Assembly: GCA_964016885.1 (NCBI GenBank)
Contig: OZ024741.1
Location: 48,794,001 to 48,858,000 of the forward strand
DNA from: Eledone cirrhosa
Lineage: Eukaryota
Direction: 5' to 3'
DNA: 64,000 nt
The notes beneath the pieces are model-generated. The model was not told the origin of the DNA. It saw only the letters and a list, made by a program, of their open reading frames with translations, and ran no database searches. Below, piece by piece: positions 17,422-29,556 of the stretch; the first letter of the stretch is position 1; each line of letters opens with the position of its first letter. The position numbers and the translations under genes are program-made.

Positions 17422-17467
<46 letters not shown>

Positions 17468-17476
17468 ATATATATG

Positions 17477-17513
<37 letters not shown>

Positions 17514-17666
17514 GTATATATATAATATATATATATATATGTATATATATATATGTATATATATAATATATATATATATGTATATATATATATGTATATA
17601 TATAATATATATATATATAATATATATATGTATGTATATATATATATGTATATATATAATATATGT

Positions 17667-17715
<49 letters not shown>

Positions 17716-18261
17716 TATGTATGTATATATATATATGTATATATATAATATATATATATGTATATATATAATATATATATATATGTATATATATAATATA
17801 TATGTATATATATAATATATATATATATGTATATATATAATATATATGTATATATATAATATATATATATATGTATATATATATAATATATATGTATATA
17901 TATAATATATATATATATGTATATATATAATATATATGTATATATATAATATATATATATATGTATATATATATAATATATATGTATATATATAATATAT
18001 ATGTATATATATAATATATATATATATGTATATATATAATATATATATATGTATATATATAATATATGTATATATATTATATATGTATATATATATGTAT
18101 ATATATTATATATACATATATGTACATATATATACATATATAATATATATATATGTATATATATAATATATGTATATATATTATATATGTATATATATAT
18201 ATGTATATATAATATATGTATATATATAATATATATATATGTATATATATATATGTATATA
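16925..18261. repeat. TAATATATATG(TA)n satellite (AA-variant units)
   Basis: Direct reading. Confidence 0.95.
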
Positions 18262-18388
18262 TTTCTGAAAATATTGAAGAGATAAGACACTTTGCCATTC
18301 TTCTCTGCTAAAATGTACCAGTAGAGCTGATTCAAATTTTCCCAGCCAGCCATCCACCTAATCTACGAAGGTATTTTAGCCTACATAT

Positions 18389-18586
18389 TGTCGTTAATAT
18401 TATGATGTTCCCTGCTGTATTAGCGTTAAATTTTCCCTGCTGTATTAGCGATAAATTTTCGAGGGTTTCTCTTAGTAGCTTTTTCATGTCGTTAATATTA
18501 TGATGTTCCCTGCTGTATTAGCGTTAAATTTTCCCTGCTGTATTAGCGATAAATTTTCGAGGGTTTCTCTTAGTAGCTTTTTTCAT
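18389..18586. repeat. Tandem 98-bp duplication with an internal TTCCCTGCTGTATTAGCG repeat
   Basis: Units start at 18389 and 18487. Confidence 0.9.
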
Positions 18587-18901
18587 GACGTTATTATTGT
18601 TAATTTTACTGATGTAGTATTAACTTGGATATTTACCATGCGACCCTCAGTTCCTACCTCACAATTTCCCTCCCCCCCACCCCCACACACCACCATAGTC
18701 TATTCGACCAATCAAACCTAGCATGCCATTTCCACTGCTGCTGCTGCTACTACCTGCCTAACTAACTCTCTCCTCCTCTGGCGCATCCCAACACACCCTG
18801 CCATTACCCCACCACCACTGTCCTTCTAGCCCTCAATTTTCCCACCGTTATGGATGGATGAGCTGGGAATACACGAGCAACTCTGAATCAATAGATGAAA
18901 T

Positions 18902-21900
18902 ATGAATCTGCGAGCTACCAAGCACCCACGTGAAGCGCCAACCCAGAGACCCTCCCCTACGAGTGTCGACAAATGCCCAAAACTCCGAGTTGGTACCATC
19001 AATGTAGGCTCAATGAAAGGAAGAGCAGGAGAAATCGTAGAAATGCTAGAGCGAAAGGAAGTTGATGTATGCTGTGTGCAAGAGACTAGATGGAGAGGAG
19101 GGTCTGCTAGAGTCCTTGTAGGAAAAAGCCAGTGCTACAAATTTTTCTGGGTGGGAAATGACGATGGGATGGGTGGTGTAGGTATACTATTAGCTGACAA
19201 GTGGGTAGATAAAGTAATCTCAGTGTACAGGGTAAATGCAAGAATCATTAAACTCAGACTAGTCCTGAATAAGACAATTACCACAATAATATCAGCTTAC
19301 GCACCCCAATCGGGGCTGCCAGACGAACTTAAGGATAGGTTTTACGAGTCCCTAATACACACTACTGCTCTAACAGACGACAAGGACTTCCTAATCATTG
19401 CAGGAGATTTTAACGGACACGTAGGTAAACACTGCGACGGCTTCAATAGAGTACATGGAGGCCATGGAGTTGGCACAAGGAATGAGGAAGGATTCAGACT
19501 TCTAGAATTCTGCGACGCCAATGACATGTCGATATGTAACACAAACTTTAAAAAACCCGACAACCACCTGATCACCTATAGATCAGGGGAGCACTCTAGT
19601 CAGTTAGATTTTATTCTCATCAGAGGACGTGACAGATGGACGGTCGTAAACACAAAAGCCTTCCCTAGTGAGGAATGTACATCCCAACATAGCTTAGTTG
19701 TCAGCGACCTCACGGTCAGAACTAGACGAGCCCTGAAACAGAGGCCAACCTGGAGAAGAAAGATCTGGAAGCTGAAAGTCCCCTCAACCAGTAACAGATT
19801 TAAAGATATTTTACTCAACGCCTACGACAGTAAAGAAGAACAGATAGAGACATTTAACGTAGAAGAGAACTGGGAGTTCCTAAAAAATAACTTACTAGAG
19901 GCGACGGATGAGGTTTGTGGCTGGAGTAAGACCTCAAGCAGGAGGAGAGTGACTTGGTGGTGGAACAATAAGGTAGATGAAGCAGTCAAGGCCAAGAGAC
20001 AGGCATGGAAAGAATGGAAGAACGGGGGGAGCAGGGTACATTACATAGAGACCAAGAGGGAAGCTAGGCGACAAGTATACTTAGCTAGGAGGGAAGCAGA
20101 GGATAGAAAATTCAAGCATGTTTTACAACGTGAGGACCAGAAACAGGAGGTATTCAAGATTGCGAGGCAGTGTGTCAGAGATAGTTGTGATGTCATTGGA
20201 GAGAAGTGTATCCGGAATGATAAAGGTGAGCTTGCCCTCACAAGTGCTGAGAAGAAAGATGCATGGAAGAGTCATTATGATAGATTACTAAATGAGGAGA
20301 ATGCATGGGAAGAAGAGACCCTACCCCACGTAGACCCTATAGAGGGACCAGCAGTACAAGTCAGCGGCAGCGTAGTAAGTAAGGCAATCAGAGATATGAA
20401 GATAGGGAAGGCAACCGGTCCATCGGGTATAGCTGCCGAGATGCTGAAGGCATCTGGGTCTGTAGGTCACACTATAACCACACGTATCGTTAACCAGGTA
20501 ATACTAGAGGGGGCCATACCAAAAGATTGGTGCAGTAGCATCATTGTCAACTGCTACAAAGGTAAAGGCGATGCACTAGATAGAGGAAACTATAGAGGTA
20601 TAAAGTTGATGGACCAGGTCATGAAAGTAACAGAAAGAGTTATAGCACAGCTGATTAGGGACCGGGTGAATATAGACGAGATGCAATTTGGGTTTGTTCC
20701 AGGGAAAGGCACCACTGATGCGCTCTTCCTTGTGAGGCAACTACAGGAAAAGTACCTAGCTAAAAGTAAGCCACTCTACCTGGCATTTGTCGACCTTGAG
20801 AAAGCCTTTGACAGAGTTCCACGTGCAGTAATCTGGTGGGCTCTTAGAAAACTAGGAGTAGATGAATGGCTTGTGAAAGCGGTACAAGCCATGTATAGGG
20901 GAGCAGTCAGCAAAGTTAGGATTGGCAATGAGTATAGCGAGGAATTTAGCGTACAGGTTGGGGTCCACCAGGGCTCTGTTCTTAGCCCTCTCCTGTTCAT
21001 CATAGTCCTGCAGGCAATAACGGAGGAGTTTAAGACCGGATGCCCATGGGAACTCCTGTATGCTGATGACCTCGCACTCATAGCTGAATCTATGGTAGAA
21101 CTAGAGAATAAATTCCAAACCTGGAAGCAGGGACTAGAGAGAAAGGGCCTCAAAGTCAACATGACAAAGACTAAGGTCCTTATAAGTAGACGAGAAAACA
21201 GAACCCAGATCCCCTCAGGGAAATGGCCTTGCTCAGTATGTAGGAAAGGTGTAGGTAGGAACTCCATTCTTTGCCCCAAATGCAAACAATGGGTACACAA
21301 GAGATGTAGCGGGATCTCAGGAAGCTTAATTAAGAATGTAGGATTCACATGCAGCAGCTGTGCTGAAACAGCAAGCAAACAGCCACAGGAAACAAGTACC
21401 ACCAATCTCTGGGAGGGCCCTGTAGAAACAGTAGACAGCTTCTGCTACCTAGGTGACCGAATTAGCAACGGAGGTGGGTGCTCAGAAAGTACAATAACTA
21501 GGGTAAGAACGGGATGGAAGAAGTTTAGGGAACTACTACCACTGCTAGCTGCAAAAGGCTTCGCCCTCAGAATGAAAGGCAGACTGTATGATGCGTGTAT
21601 CCGAACAGCGATGTTGCATGGTAGTGAGACCTGGGCGCTGAAGGTGGAAGACTTACGTAGATTAGAGAGAAACGAAGCCTGCATGCTCCGATGGATGTGT
21701 AACAGTAATATACGTGAACGACAAAGCATAAATGAATTGAGAGAGAGACTGAGCATAAGAGGAATCAAATGCTGCGTGCAGGAGAGGCGGTTACGCTGGT
21801 ATGGACATGTGATGCGTATGAAGGATGACAGCTGCATAAAAAGGTGCAGAGCACTAGAAGTTGATGGAAACCGCGGAGTGGGGAGACCCAAGATGACTTG

Positions 21901-22021
21901 GGATGAGGTGATAAAAGCCGACCTTACCCAACTACACCTCTCAAAGTCAATGACACACGACCGTGACTTCTGGCGTCACGCAGTAATACAGGGTACCCGA
22001 CCTCCCATGGGTACATGCTGA
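18902..22021 (+). CDS. Intact RTE polyprotein: APE endonuclease + reverse transcriptase with internal PHD-type finger (1039 aa)
   Basis: Uninterrupted ORF; APE motifs TINV, VQETRW, GDFNGH, SQLDFIL, SQH; RT motifs NYRGIKL, QFGF, DLEKAFD, QGSVLSP, YADD, FCYLG. Confidence 0.96.
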   Translation: MNLRATKHPREAPTQRPSPTSVDKCPKLRVGTINVGSMKGRAGEIVEMLERKEVDVCCVQETRWRGGSARVLVGKSQCYKFFWVGNDDGMGGVGILLADKWVDKVISVYRVNARIIKLRLVLNKTITTIISAYAPQSGLPDELKDRFYESLIHTTALTDDKDFLIIAGDFNGHVGKHCDGFNRVHGGHGVGTRNEEGFRLLEFCDANDMSICNTNFKKPDNHLITYRSGEHSSQLDFILIRGRDRWTVVNTKAFPSEECTSQHSLVVSDLTVRTRRALKQRPTWRRKIWKLKVPSTSNRFKDILLNAYDSKEEQIETFNVEENWEFLKNNLLEATDEVCGWSKTSSRRRVTWWWNNKVDEAVKAKRQAWKEWKNGGSRVHYIETKREARRQVYLARREAEDRKFKHVLQREDQKQEVFKIARQCVRDSCDVIGEKCIRNDKGELALTSAEKKDAWKSHYDRLLNEENAWEEETLPHVDPIEGPAVQVSGSVVSKAIRDMKIGKATGPSGIAAEMLKASGSVGHTITTRIVNQVILEGAIPKDWCSSIIVNCYKGKGDALDRGNYRGIKLMDQVMKVTERVIAQLIRDRVNIDEMQFGFVPGKGTTDALFLVRQLQEKYLAKSKPLYLAFVDLEKAFDRVPRAVIWWALRKLGVDEWLVKAVQAMYRGAVSKVRIGNEYSEEFSVQVGVHQGSVLSPLLFIIVLQAITEEFKTGCPWELLYADDLALIAESMVELENKFQTWKQGLERKGLKVNMTKTKVLISRRENRTQIPSGKWPCSVCRKGVGRNSILCPKCKQWVHKRCSGISGSLIKNVGFTCSSCAETASKQPQETSTTNLWEGPVETVDSFCYLGDRISNGGGCSESTITRVRTGWKKFRELLPLLAAKGFALRMKGRLYDACIRTAMLHGSETWALKVEDLRRLERNEACMLRWMCNSNIRERQSINELRERLSIRGIKCCVQERRLRWYGHVMRMKDDSCIKRCRALEVDGNRGVGRPKMTWDEVIKADLTQLHLSKSMTHDRDFWRHAVIQGTRPPMGTC

Positions 22022-22326
22022 AGCATATAAACAATATGCCCCCCCCCCCCCCACCGCAAGGTGGTCGTGGAGGTGCCACGGCAAAAAAGCACCCAGCCCA
22101 CACTGTAAAGTGGACGTGTAGGCGCCACGAAAAAGCACCCAGCACTCACTGTAAATGAGGTTGGTGTTAGGAAGGGCATCCAGCTGTAGAAATCAAGCCA
22201 GATCAGTTCCTGTATGAGCAAGGCATGGTCAGCCGACCAGACACTGCCCACAACAGGACAACCCGTCTAACCCATGCTAGCGTGGAAGAACGGACGTAAA
22301 ATGGTGATGATGATGATGATGATGAT

Positions 22327-22902
<576 letters not shown>

Positions 22903-23510
22903 GTCAGGTCACCAGTTGGTGCTACTGGTAACATGTATCCCAGTACAACCTGTCTCATGGTCGGGTCGTTGGCGACTAAACTGGCAACCCCACCAAGGTT
23001 TCTTGGTGAGGAGGGTGACTTTGGACATCCTGCAGGACTAAAAACAAAACCTGTCAAAGGGCAAAGGAGCTCTTAAGAGTCAATGGCCATCCAAAATCAC
23101 CGGGAGGGATGACCCCTTAGCCTTTGTCAAGGCAGAATTCTAGGAGAAGGAAAACTCTGATATAACACCTGCAACCCTGATGGTATCCAATGATGTTGAC
23201 GTGTTCTTCTTTTTGGTAAATATCATCTTGGTTAAGAGAGTGGGACTGGCTTTGTGCAGTGCCTTTGCTCACTATAAAAGCTTCACGGCACAGGCATTGC
23301 TTTGTATCTGGAGATCTCTCTGCACTTGTTGTCACATGGTACCATGGGCCCAGCACTATGTGTCAATGATTGTCACAAGTGTAGTGTTTGTACCAGAGTT
23401 TTCAAGTCGCTGGCTGGACTAAAAAGTCACACTCGTTCAGCGCATCGGTAGGGGTTCTCCTACATGGATATAAAGTAGTGGCCGTACTCGCAAACGAGTT
23501 GGCAGCCACC
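22903..23510 (+). mobile_element. Non-autonomous bipartite RTE-derived element (family D), copy 1
   Basis: 5' part resembles RTE 5' UTRs (CTAGGAGAAGGAAAACTCTGA); 3' part has a remnant C-terminal zinc finger and short UTR, then (TA)n; second copy at 24435. Confidence 0.75.
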
Positions 23511-23717
23511 ATATATATATGTATATATATATATATGTATATATATATATGTATATATATATATATGTGTGTATATATATATATGTATATATATATGTAT
23601 ATATATATGTATATATATATGTATATATGTATATATATATGTATATATATATGTATATATATGTATATATATGTATATATATATGTATATATATGTATAT
23701 ATATATGTATATATATG

Positions 23718-23757
<40 letters not shown>

Positions 23758-24021
23758 TATGTATATGTATATATGTATATATATATGTATATATGTATAT
23801 ATATATGTATATATGTATATATATATGTATATATGTATATATATATGTATATATGTATATATATATGTATATATATGTATATATATATGTATATATATAT
23901 GTATATATATGTATATATATATATATATGTATATATATATGTATATATATATGTATATATATATGTATATATGTATATATATATGTATATATTTATTATA
24001 TATACATATATATAATATATG

Positions 24022-24052
<31 letters not shown>

Positions 24053-24255
24053 GTATATATATATACATATGTATATATATATGTATATATATATGTATAT
24101 ATATATGTATATATATATGTATATATATATGTATATGTATATGTATATGTATATATATATGTATATATATATATGTATATATATATATGTATATATATAT
24201 GTATATATATATATGTATATATATATGTATATATATATATGTATATATATATATG

Positions 24256-24322
<67 letters not shown>

Positions 24323-24335
24323 GTATATATATATG

Positions 24336-24418
<83 letters not shown>

Positions 24419-24434
24419 GTATATATATATATAT
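23511..24434. repeat. (TA)nTG satellite
   Basis: Direct reading. Confidence 0.95.
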
Positions 24435-25071
24435 GTCAGGTCACCAGTTGGTGCTACTGGTAACATGTATCCCAGTACAACCTGTCTCATGGTCGGGTCG
24501 TTGGCGACTAAACTGGCAACCCCACCAAGGTTTCTTGGTGAGGAGGGTGACTTTGGACATCCTGCAGGACTAAAAACAAAACCTGTCAAAGGGCAAAGGA
24601 GCTCTTAAGAGTCAATGGCCATCCAAAATCACCGGGAGAGATGACCCCTTTAGCCTTAGTCAAGGCAGAATTCTAGGAGAAGGAAAACTCTGATATAACA
24701 CCTGCAACCCTGATGGTATCCAATGATGTTGACTTGTTCTTCTTTTTGGTAAATAGCATCTTGGTTAAGAGAGTGGGACTGGCTTTGTGCAGTGCCTTTG
24801 CTCACTATAAAAGCTTCACGGCACAGGCATTGCTTTATATCTGGAGATCTCTCTGCACTTGTCCTCACATGGGCCCAGCACTATGTGTCAATAATTGTCC
24901 TACCATGGGCCTAGCACTATGTGTCAATAATTGTCACAGGTGTAGTGTTTGTACCAGAGGTTTCAAGTCGCTGGCTGGACTAAAAAGTCACACTCGTTCA
25001 GCGCTTCGGTAGGGGTTATCCTACATGGATGTAAAGTAGTGGCCGTACTCGAAAACGAGTTGGCAGCCACC
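24435..25071 (+). mobile_element. Family D element, copy 2
   Basis: Same termini as copy 1; encodes [19 protein letters not shown]; internal ~37-bp tandem duplication. Confidence 0.75.
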
Positions 25072-25111
<40 letters not shown>

Positions 25112-25112
25112 G

Positions 25113-25143
<31 letters not shown>

Positions 25144-25174
25144 GTATATATATATATATATGTATATATATATG

Positions 25175-25214
<40 letters not shown>

Positions 25215-25259
25215 TATACATATATATATACATATATATATATATACATATATATATAC

Positions 25260-25292
<33 letters not shown>

Positions 25293-25293
25293 C

Positions 25294-25362
<69 letters not shown>

Positions 25363-25363
25363 C

Positions 25364-25422
<59 letters not shown>

Positions 25423-25423
25423 C

Positions 25424-26416
25424 ATAGAAATAGTGGACAGCTTCCGTTACCTGGGCGATAAAATCAGCAGTGGGGGAGGGTGCTCTGAAAGTACTGTAGC
25501 TAGAGTCAGAACTGGTTGGAAAAAGTTCAGAGAGCTTATACCACTATTAGCTGCTAAAGGGTTCTCACTAAAAATGAAAGGCAGGTTGTACGATGCCTGC
25601 ATACGAACAGCAATGCTGCATGGCAGTGAGACCTGGGCATTGTGTGCAGAGGATATACGCAGACTAGAGAGGAACGAAGCTTGCATGCTCCGCTGGATGT
25701 GTAACAGTAATATACGTGAACGGCAAAGCATAAACGAACTAAGGAATAAATTAGAGATAAGAGGGATCAGATGTTGTTTACTCGAGAGAAGGCTACGTTG
25801 GTATGGACACGTGATGCGCATGTAAGTCGATAGCTGTATAACAAAGTGCAGGGCAATAAAGATAGACGGTAGTCACGGAATAGGCAGACCTAGAAAAACC
25901 TGGGACGAGCTGATAAACTCCGACATCACACACTTACACCTCTCCAAGACAATGTCACTGGACCGAGACCTTTGGCGGTACTCAGTAACAGAGAAGACCC
26001 GCCTTACCTAAATATATAGTAAAACCTACTCCAGCCAGTAGGCATCTCTAACAAAATACACCCCGTCCCACCACCCCCACCCCCACCCGATCCACACCAC
26101 CCCGTTCTATGTAAAGTTATGTTGGTGCCGCGCCATCGAGGCCGAAACAAATGAGATCGTGTAGGTGTCACGACAAAAAAACACACAGTCCACGCTGTAA
26201 TGTGGCCGTGTAGGCAACACGGTAAAAACCTCCCAGACCCACACTGTAAATGTGGTTGGTGTTAGGAAGGGCATCCAACTGTAGAAAACCTGCCAGACAG
26301 TCCTATGCGAGCAAGACAATCACTCTTGCCTCAAGTGGGACTACCCCCGTCCAAACCCATGCAAGCGTGGAACACGGACGTTAAACGTTGATGATGATGA
26401 TGATGATGATGATGAT
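25424..26416 (+). mobile_element. Family A RTE LINE 3' fragment (insert-bearing subfamily)
   Basis: [11 protein letters not shown]... matches 4260 onward; (GAT)n tail. Confidence 0.95.
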
Positions 26417-26425
26417 ATATATATG

Positions 26426-26458
<33 letters not shown>

Positions 26459-26561
26459 GTATATATATATGTATATATATATATATATGTATATGTATAT
26501 ATATGTATATGTATATGTATATATATATATATGTATATATATATGTATATATATGTATATG

Positions 26562-26658
<97 letters not shown>

Positions 26659-26671
26659 GTATATATATATG

Positions 26672-26734
<63 letters not shown>

Positions 26735-26747
26735 GTATATATATATG

Positions 26748-26778
<31 letters not shown>

Positions 26779-26815
26779 GTATATATATATGTATATATAT
26801 ATGTATATATATATG

Positions 26816-26847
<32 letters not shown>

Positions 26848-27052
26848 ATATATATATATAATATATATATATATGTATATATATATATGTATATATGTAT
26901 ATATATATGTATATATGTATGTATATATGTATATATATATGTATATATGTATATATATATGTATATATGTATATATATATATATAATATATATATATATA
27001 ATGTATATATGTATATATATATATAATATATATATGTATATATATGTATATG

Positions 27053-27131
<79 letters not shown>

Positions 27132-27265
27132 TAATATGTATATATGTATATATGTATATATATATATATAATGTATATATGTATATATATATATAATATA
27201 TATATATGTATATATATGTATATGTATATATATATATGTATATAATATATATATATGTATATATA

Positions 27266-27296
<31 letters not shown>

Positions 27297-27325
27297 ATAT
27301 ATATATATGTATATATATATATATA

Positions 27326-27356
<31 letters not shown>

Positions 27357-27381
27357 TATAATATATATATATGTATATATA

Positions 27382-27443
<62 letters not shown>

Positions 27444-27466
27444 ATATATATATATGTATATATATA

Positions 27467-27501
<35 letters not shown>

Positions 27502-27806
27502 TAATATATATATGTATATATATATATATAATATGTATATATATGTATATATATATAATATATATATATGTATATATATGTATATATATATTATATATAT
27601 ATGTATATATATATATATAATATATATATATATATGTATATATATGTATATGTATAATATATATGTATATATATATTATATATATATCTATATATATATA
27701 TATAATATATATATATATATGTATGTATATGTATAATATATATATGTGTATATATAATATATATATATATATATGTATAATATATATATATATATATGTG
27801 TATATA
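26417..27806. repeat. (TA)nTG grading into TAATATATATG satellite
   Basis: Direct reading. Confidence 0.95.
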
Positions 27807-28245
27807 TCTATAAAAGGCAGATTGTTGTTGTTTTTGTGTGTGTGCATGTTCCATGTTTATAGATTTGCACAATTTCAAACCGATTCGACTCAAAGTCTGT
27901 AAGAATGTTGTAAATGGTCCAACTTAGGTCAACGACTATTTATTTCATTCACACTCACTCACAATTACGGAAATAATCGATAAAACTACATACATGCTGC
28001 AACTTTCTCTGATATACGATTAAACTTACAAACTTTGAGAGAGAGAACGTTTGTTTTTGAGTTCAAAAGCAACACATAAATTTATTCAACAACAAAAAAA
28101 ATAGCGATAAATCTTTTTTAAAACATCTATCAACGAACGTGGAAGAAAGAAGTTTCAGTTCATTTACTATACACAATAATATCCTCTATGAGGTCACTAA
28201 ACCTGCTAGAAACAGCAGCTAACTCTCCCCCATATCACACCCCTA
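27807..28245 (+). mobile_element. Non-autonomous Helitron 5' fragment
   Basis: A|TCTATAAAAGGCAGATTG start; homologous to 32226-33250. Confidence 0.7.
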
Positions 28246-28273
28246 TATGATCATATATATACTGTATATATAG

Positions 28274-29371
28274 CATCATCACCGTTTTACATCCATTCTT
28301 CCACGCTAGCGTGGGTTAGATGGGTTGTCCTGCTCATACAGGAGCTGATTCTGGCTTGATTTCTACAGCGGGATGCCCTTCGTAACATCAACCTCATTTA
28401 CAGTAAGTGTTGGGTGCTTTTTTTCCGTGGCGCCTACACGACCACTTTACAGTGGGAGGGGATGGGGGCATATTGTCTATATGCTTCAGTTTCGGCTTGT
28501 TCCCGTGGGAAGTCGGGTCTTCTGTATTACAGCATGACGCCAGAGGTCACGGTCCTGTGTCATTGCCATTGAGAGGTGCAATTGGGCAAGGTCCGCTTTT
28601 ATCACCTCATCCCAGGTCTTCTTGGGTCTCCCCACTGCATGACCTCCATCATCATTTAGTGCTCTGCACCTTTTTATGCAGCTGTCAACCATCATACGCA
28701 TCACATGTCCATACCAAAGCATCCTCCTCTTATGCTCAGTTCGTTTATGCTTTGCCGTTCGCGTATATTACTATTACACATCCATCGGAGCATGCAAGCT
28801 TCGTTTCTTTTTAATCTACGCAAGTCTTTTACACACAGCACCCAGGTCTCACTACCATATAACATTGCTGTTCGTATGCATGCATCATACAGTCTGCCTT
28901 TCATTTTGAGGGAAAAGCCTTTTGCAGCTAGCAGTGGTAGTAGCTCCCTGAATTTCTTCCATCCCGTTCTTACCCTGGTTACTGTACTTTCAGAACACCC
29001 ACCTCCGCTGCTAATTTGGTCACCTAGGTAGCAGAAGCTGTCTACTGTTTCTACAGAGCCCTCCCAGAGTTTGGTAGTGCTTGTTTCCTGTGGCTGTTTG
29101 ATGCTTACTGTCCCGGTGCAGCTGTACATGTAAAGTCTACATTCCTAACTAAGCTTCCTGAGATCCCACTACATCTCTTGTGTGTCCATAGTTTGCATTT
29201 GGAGCAGAGGATGGAATTCCTACCTACACCTTTCCTACATACTGAGCAAGGCCATTTCCTTAAGGGGATTTGGGTTCTGTTTTCTCATCTACGTACAAGG
29301 ACCTTAGTCTTTGTCAGGTTGACTTTAAGACCCCGTCTTTCTAGTCCCTGCTTCCATGTTTGGAATTTCTA
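28274..29371 (-). mobile_element. Diverged family-B-like RTE LINE 3' fragment
   Basis: Minus-strand ORFs give ETSTTKLWEGSVETVDSFCYLG and WYGHVMRM; PHD remnant; tail at left. Confidence 0.92.
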
Positions 29372-29478
29372 GGGTTGTGTTTATGTATTGTATATTGTAT
29401 AATTTTTCAGCTTAATATTCTGAATGATATTTTTCACACACAAACCACCAGATGTTCATAAGTTCTTTTTTTTTATAG

Positions 29479-29556
29479 GATAACACAGAAATTCATTTTC
29501 GTGTAAGAATGACTACAAAGATGGAAAAGTTGAAACGATCATATAGTGAACGGCAG
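29479..29556 (+). CDS. SUMO1: SUMO1 internal exon (DNTEIHFRVRMTTKMEKLKRSYSERQ)
   Basis: TTTTATAG acceptor, GTAGGA donor, 78 nt, phase 0; aligns with human SUMO1 [26 protein letters not shown]. Confidence 0.95.

Larger units (their letters stand above)
18262..22326 (+). mobile_element. Putative full-length family B RTE LINE (5' boundary uncertain)
   Basis: ~640 bp leader, intact ORF, ~300 bp 3' UTR, (GAT)n tail; TA arrays on both sides. Confidence 0.9.

Noticed and set aside
3842-21891. Antisense ORFs inside the LINEs (e.g. 20776-21405)
   Set aside because: Shadows of the sense RT ORF; they recur only because the copies are near-identical.
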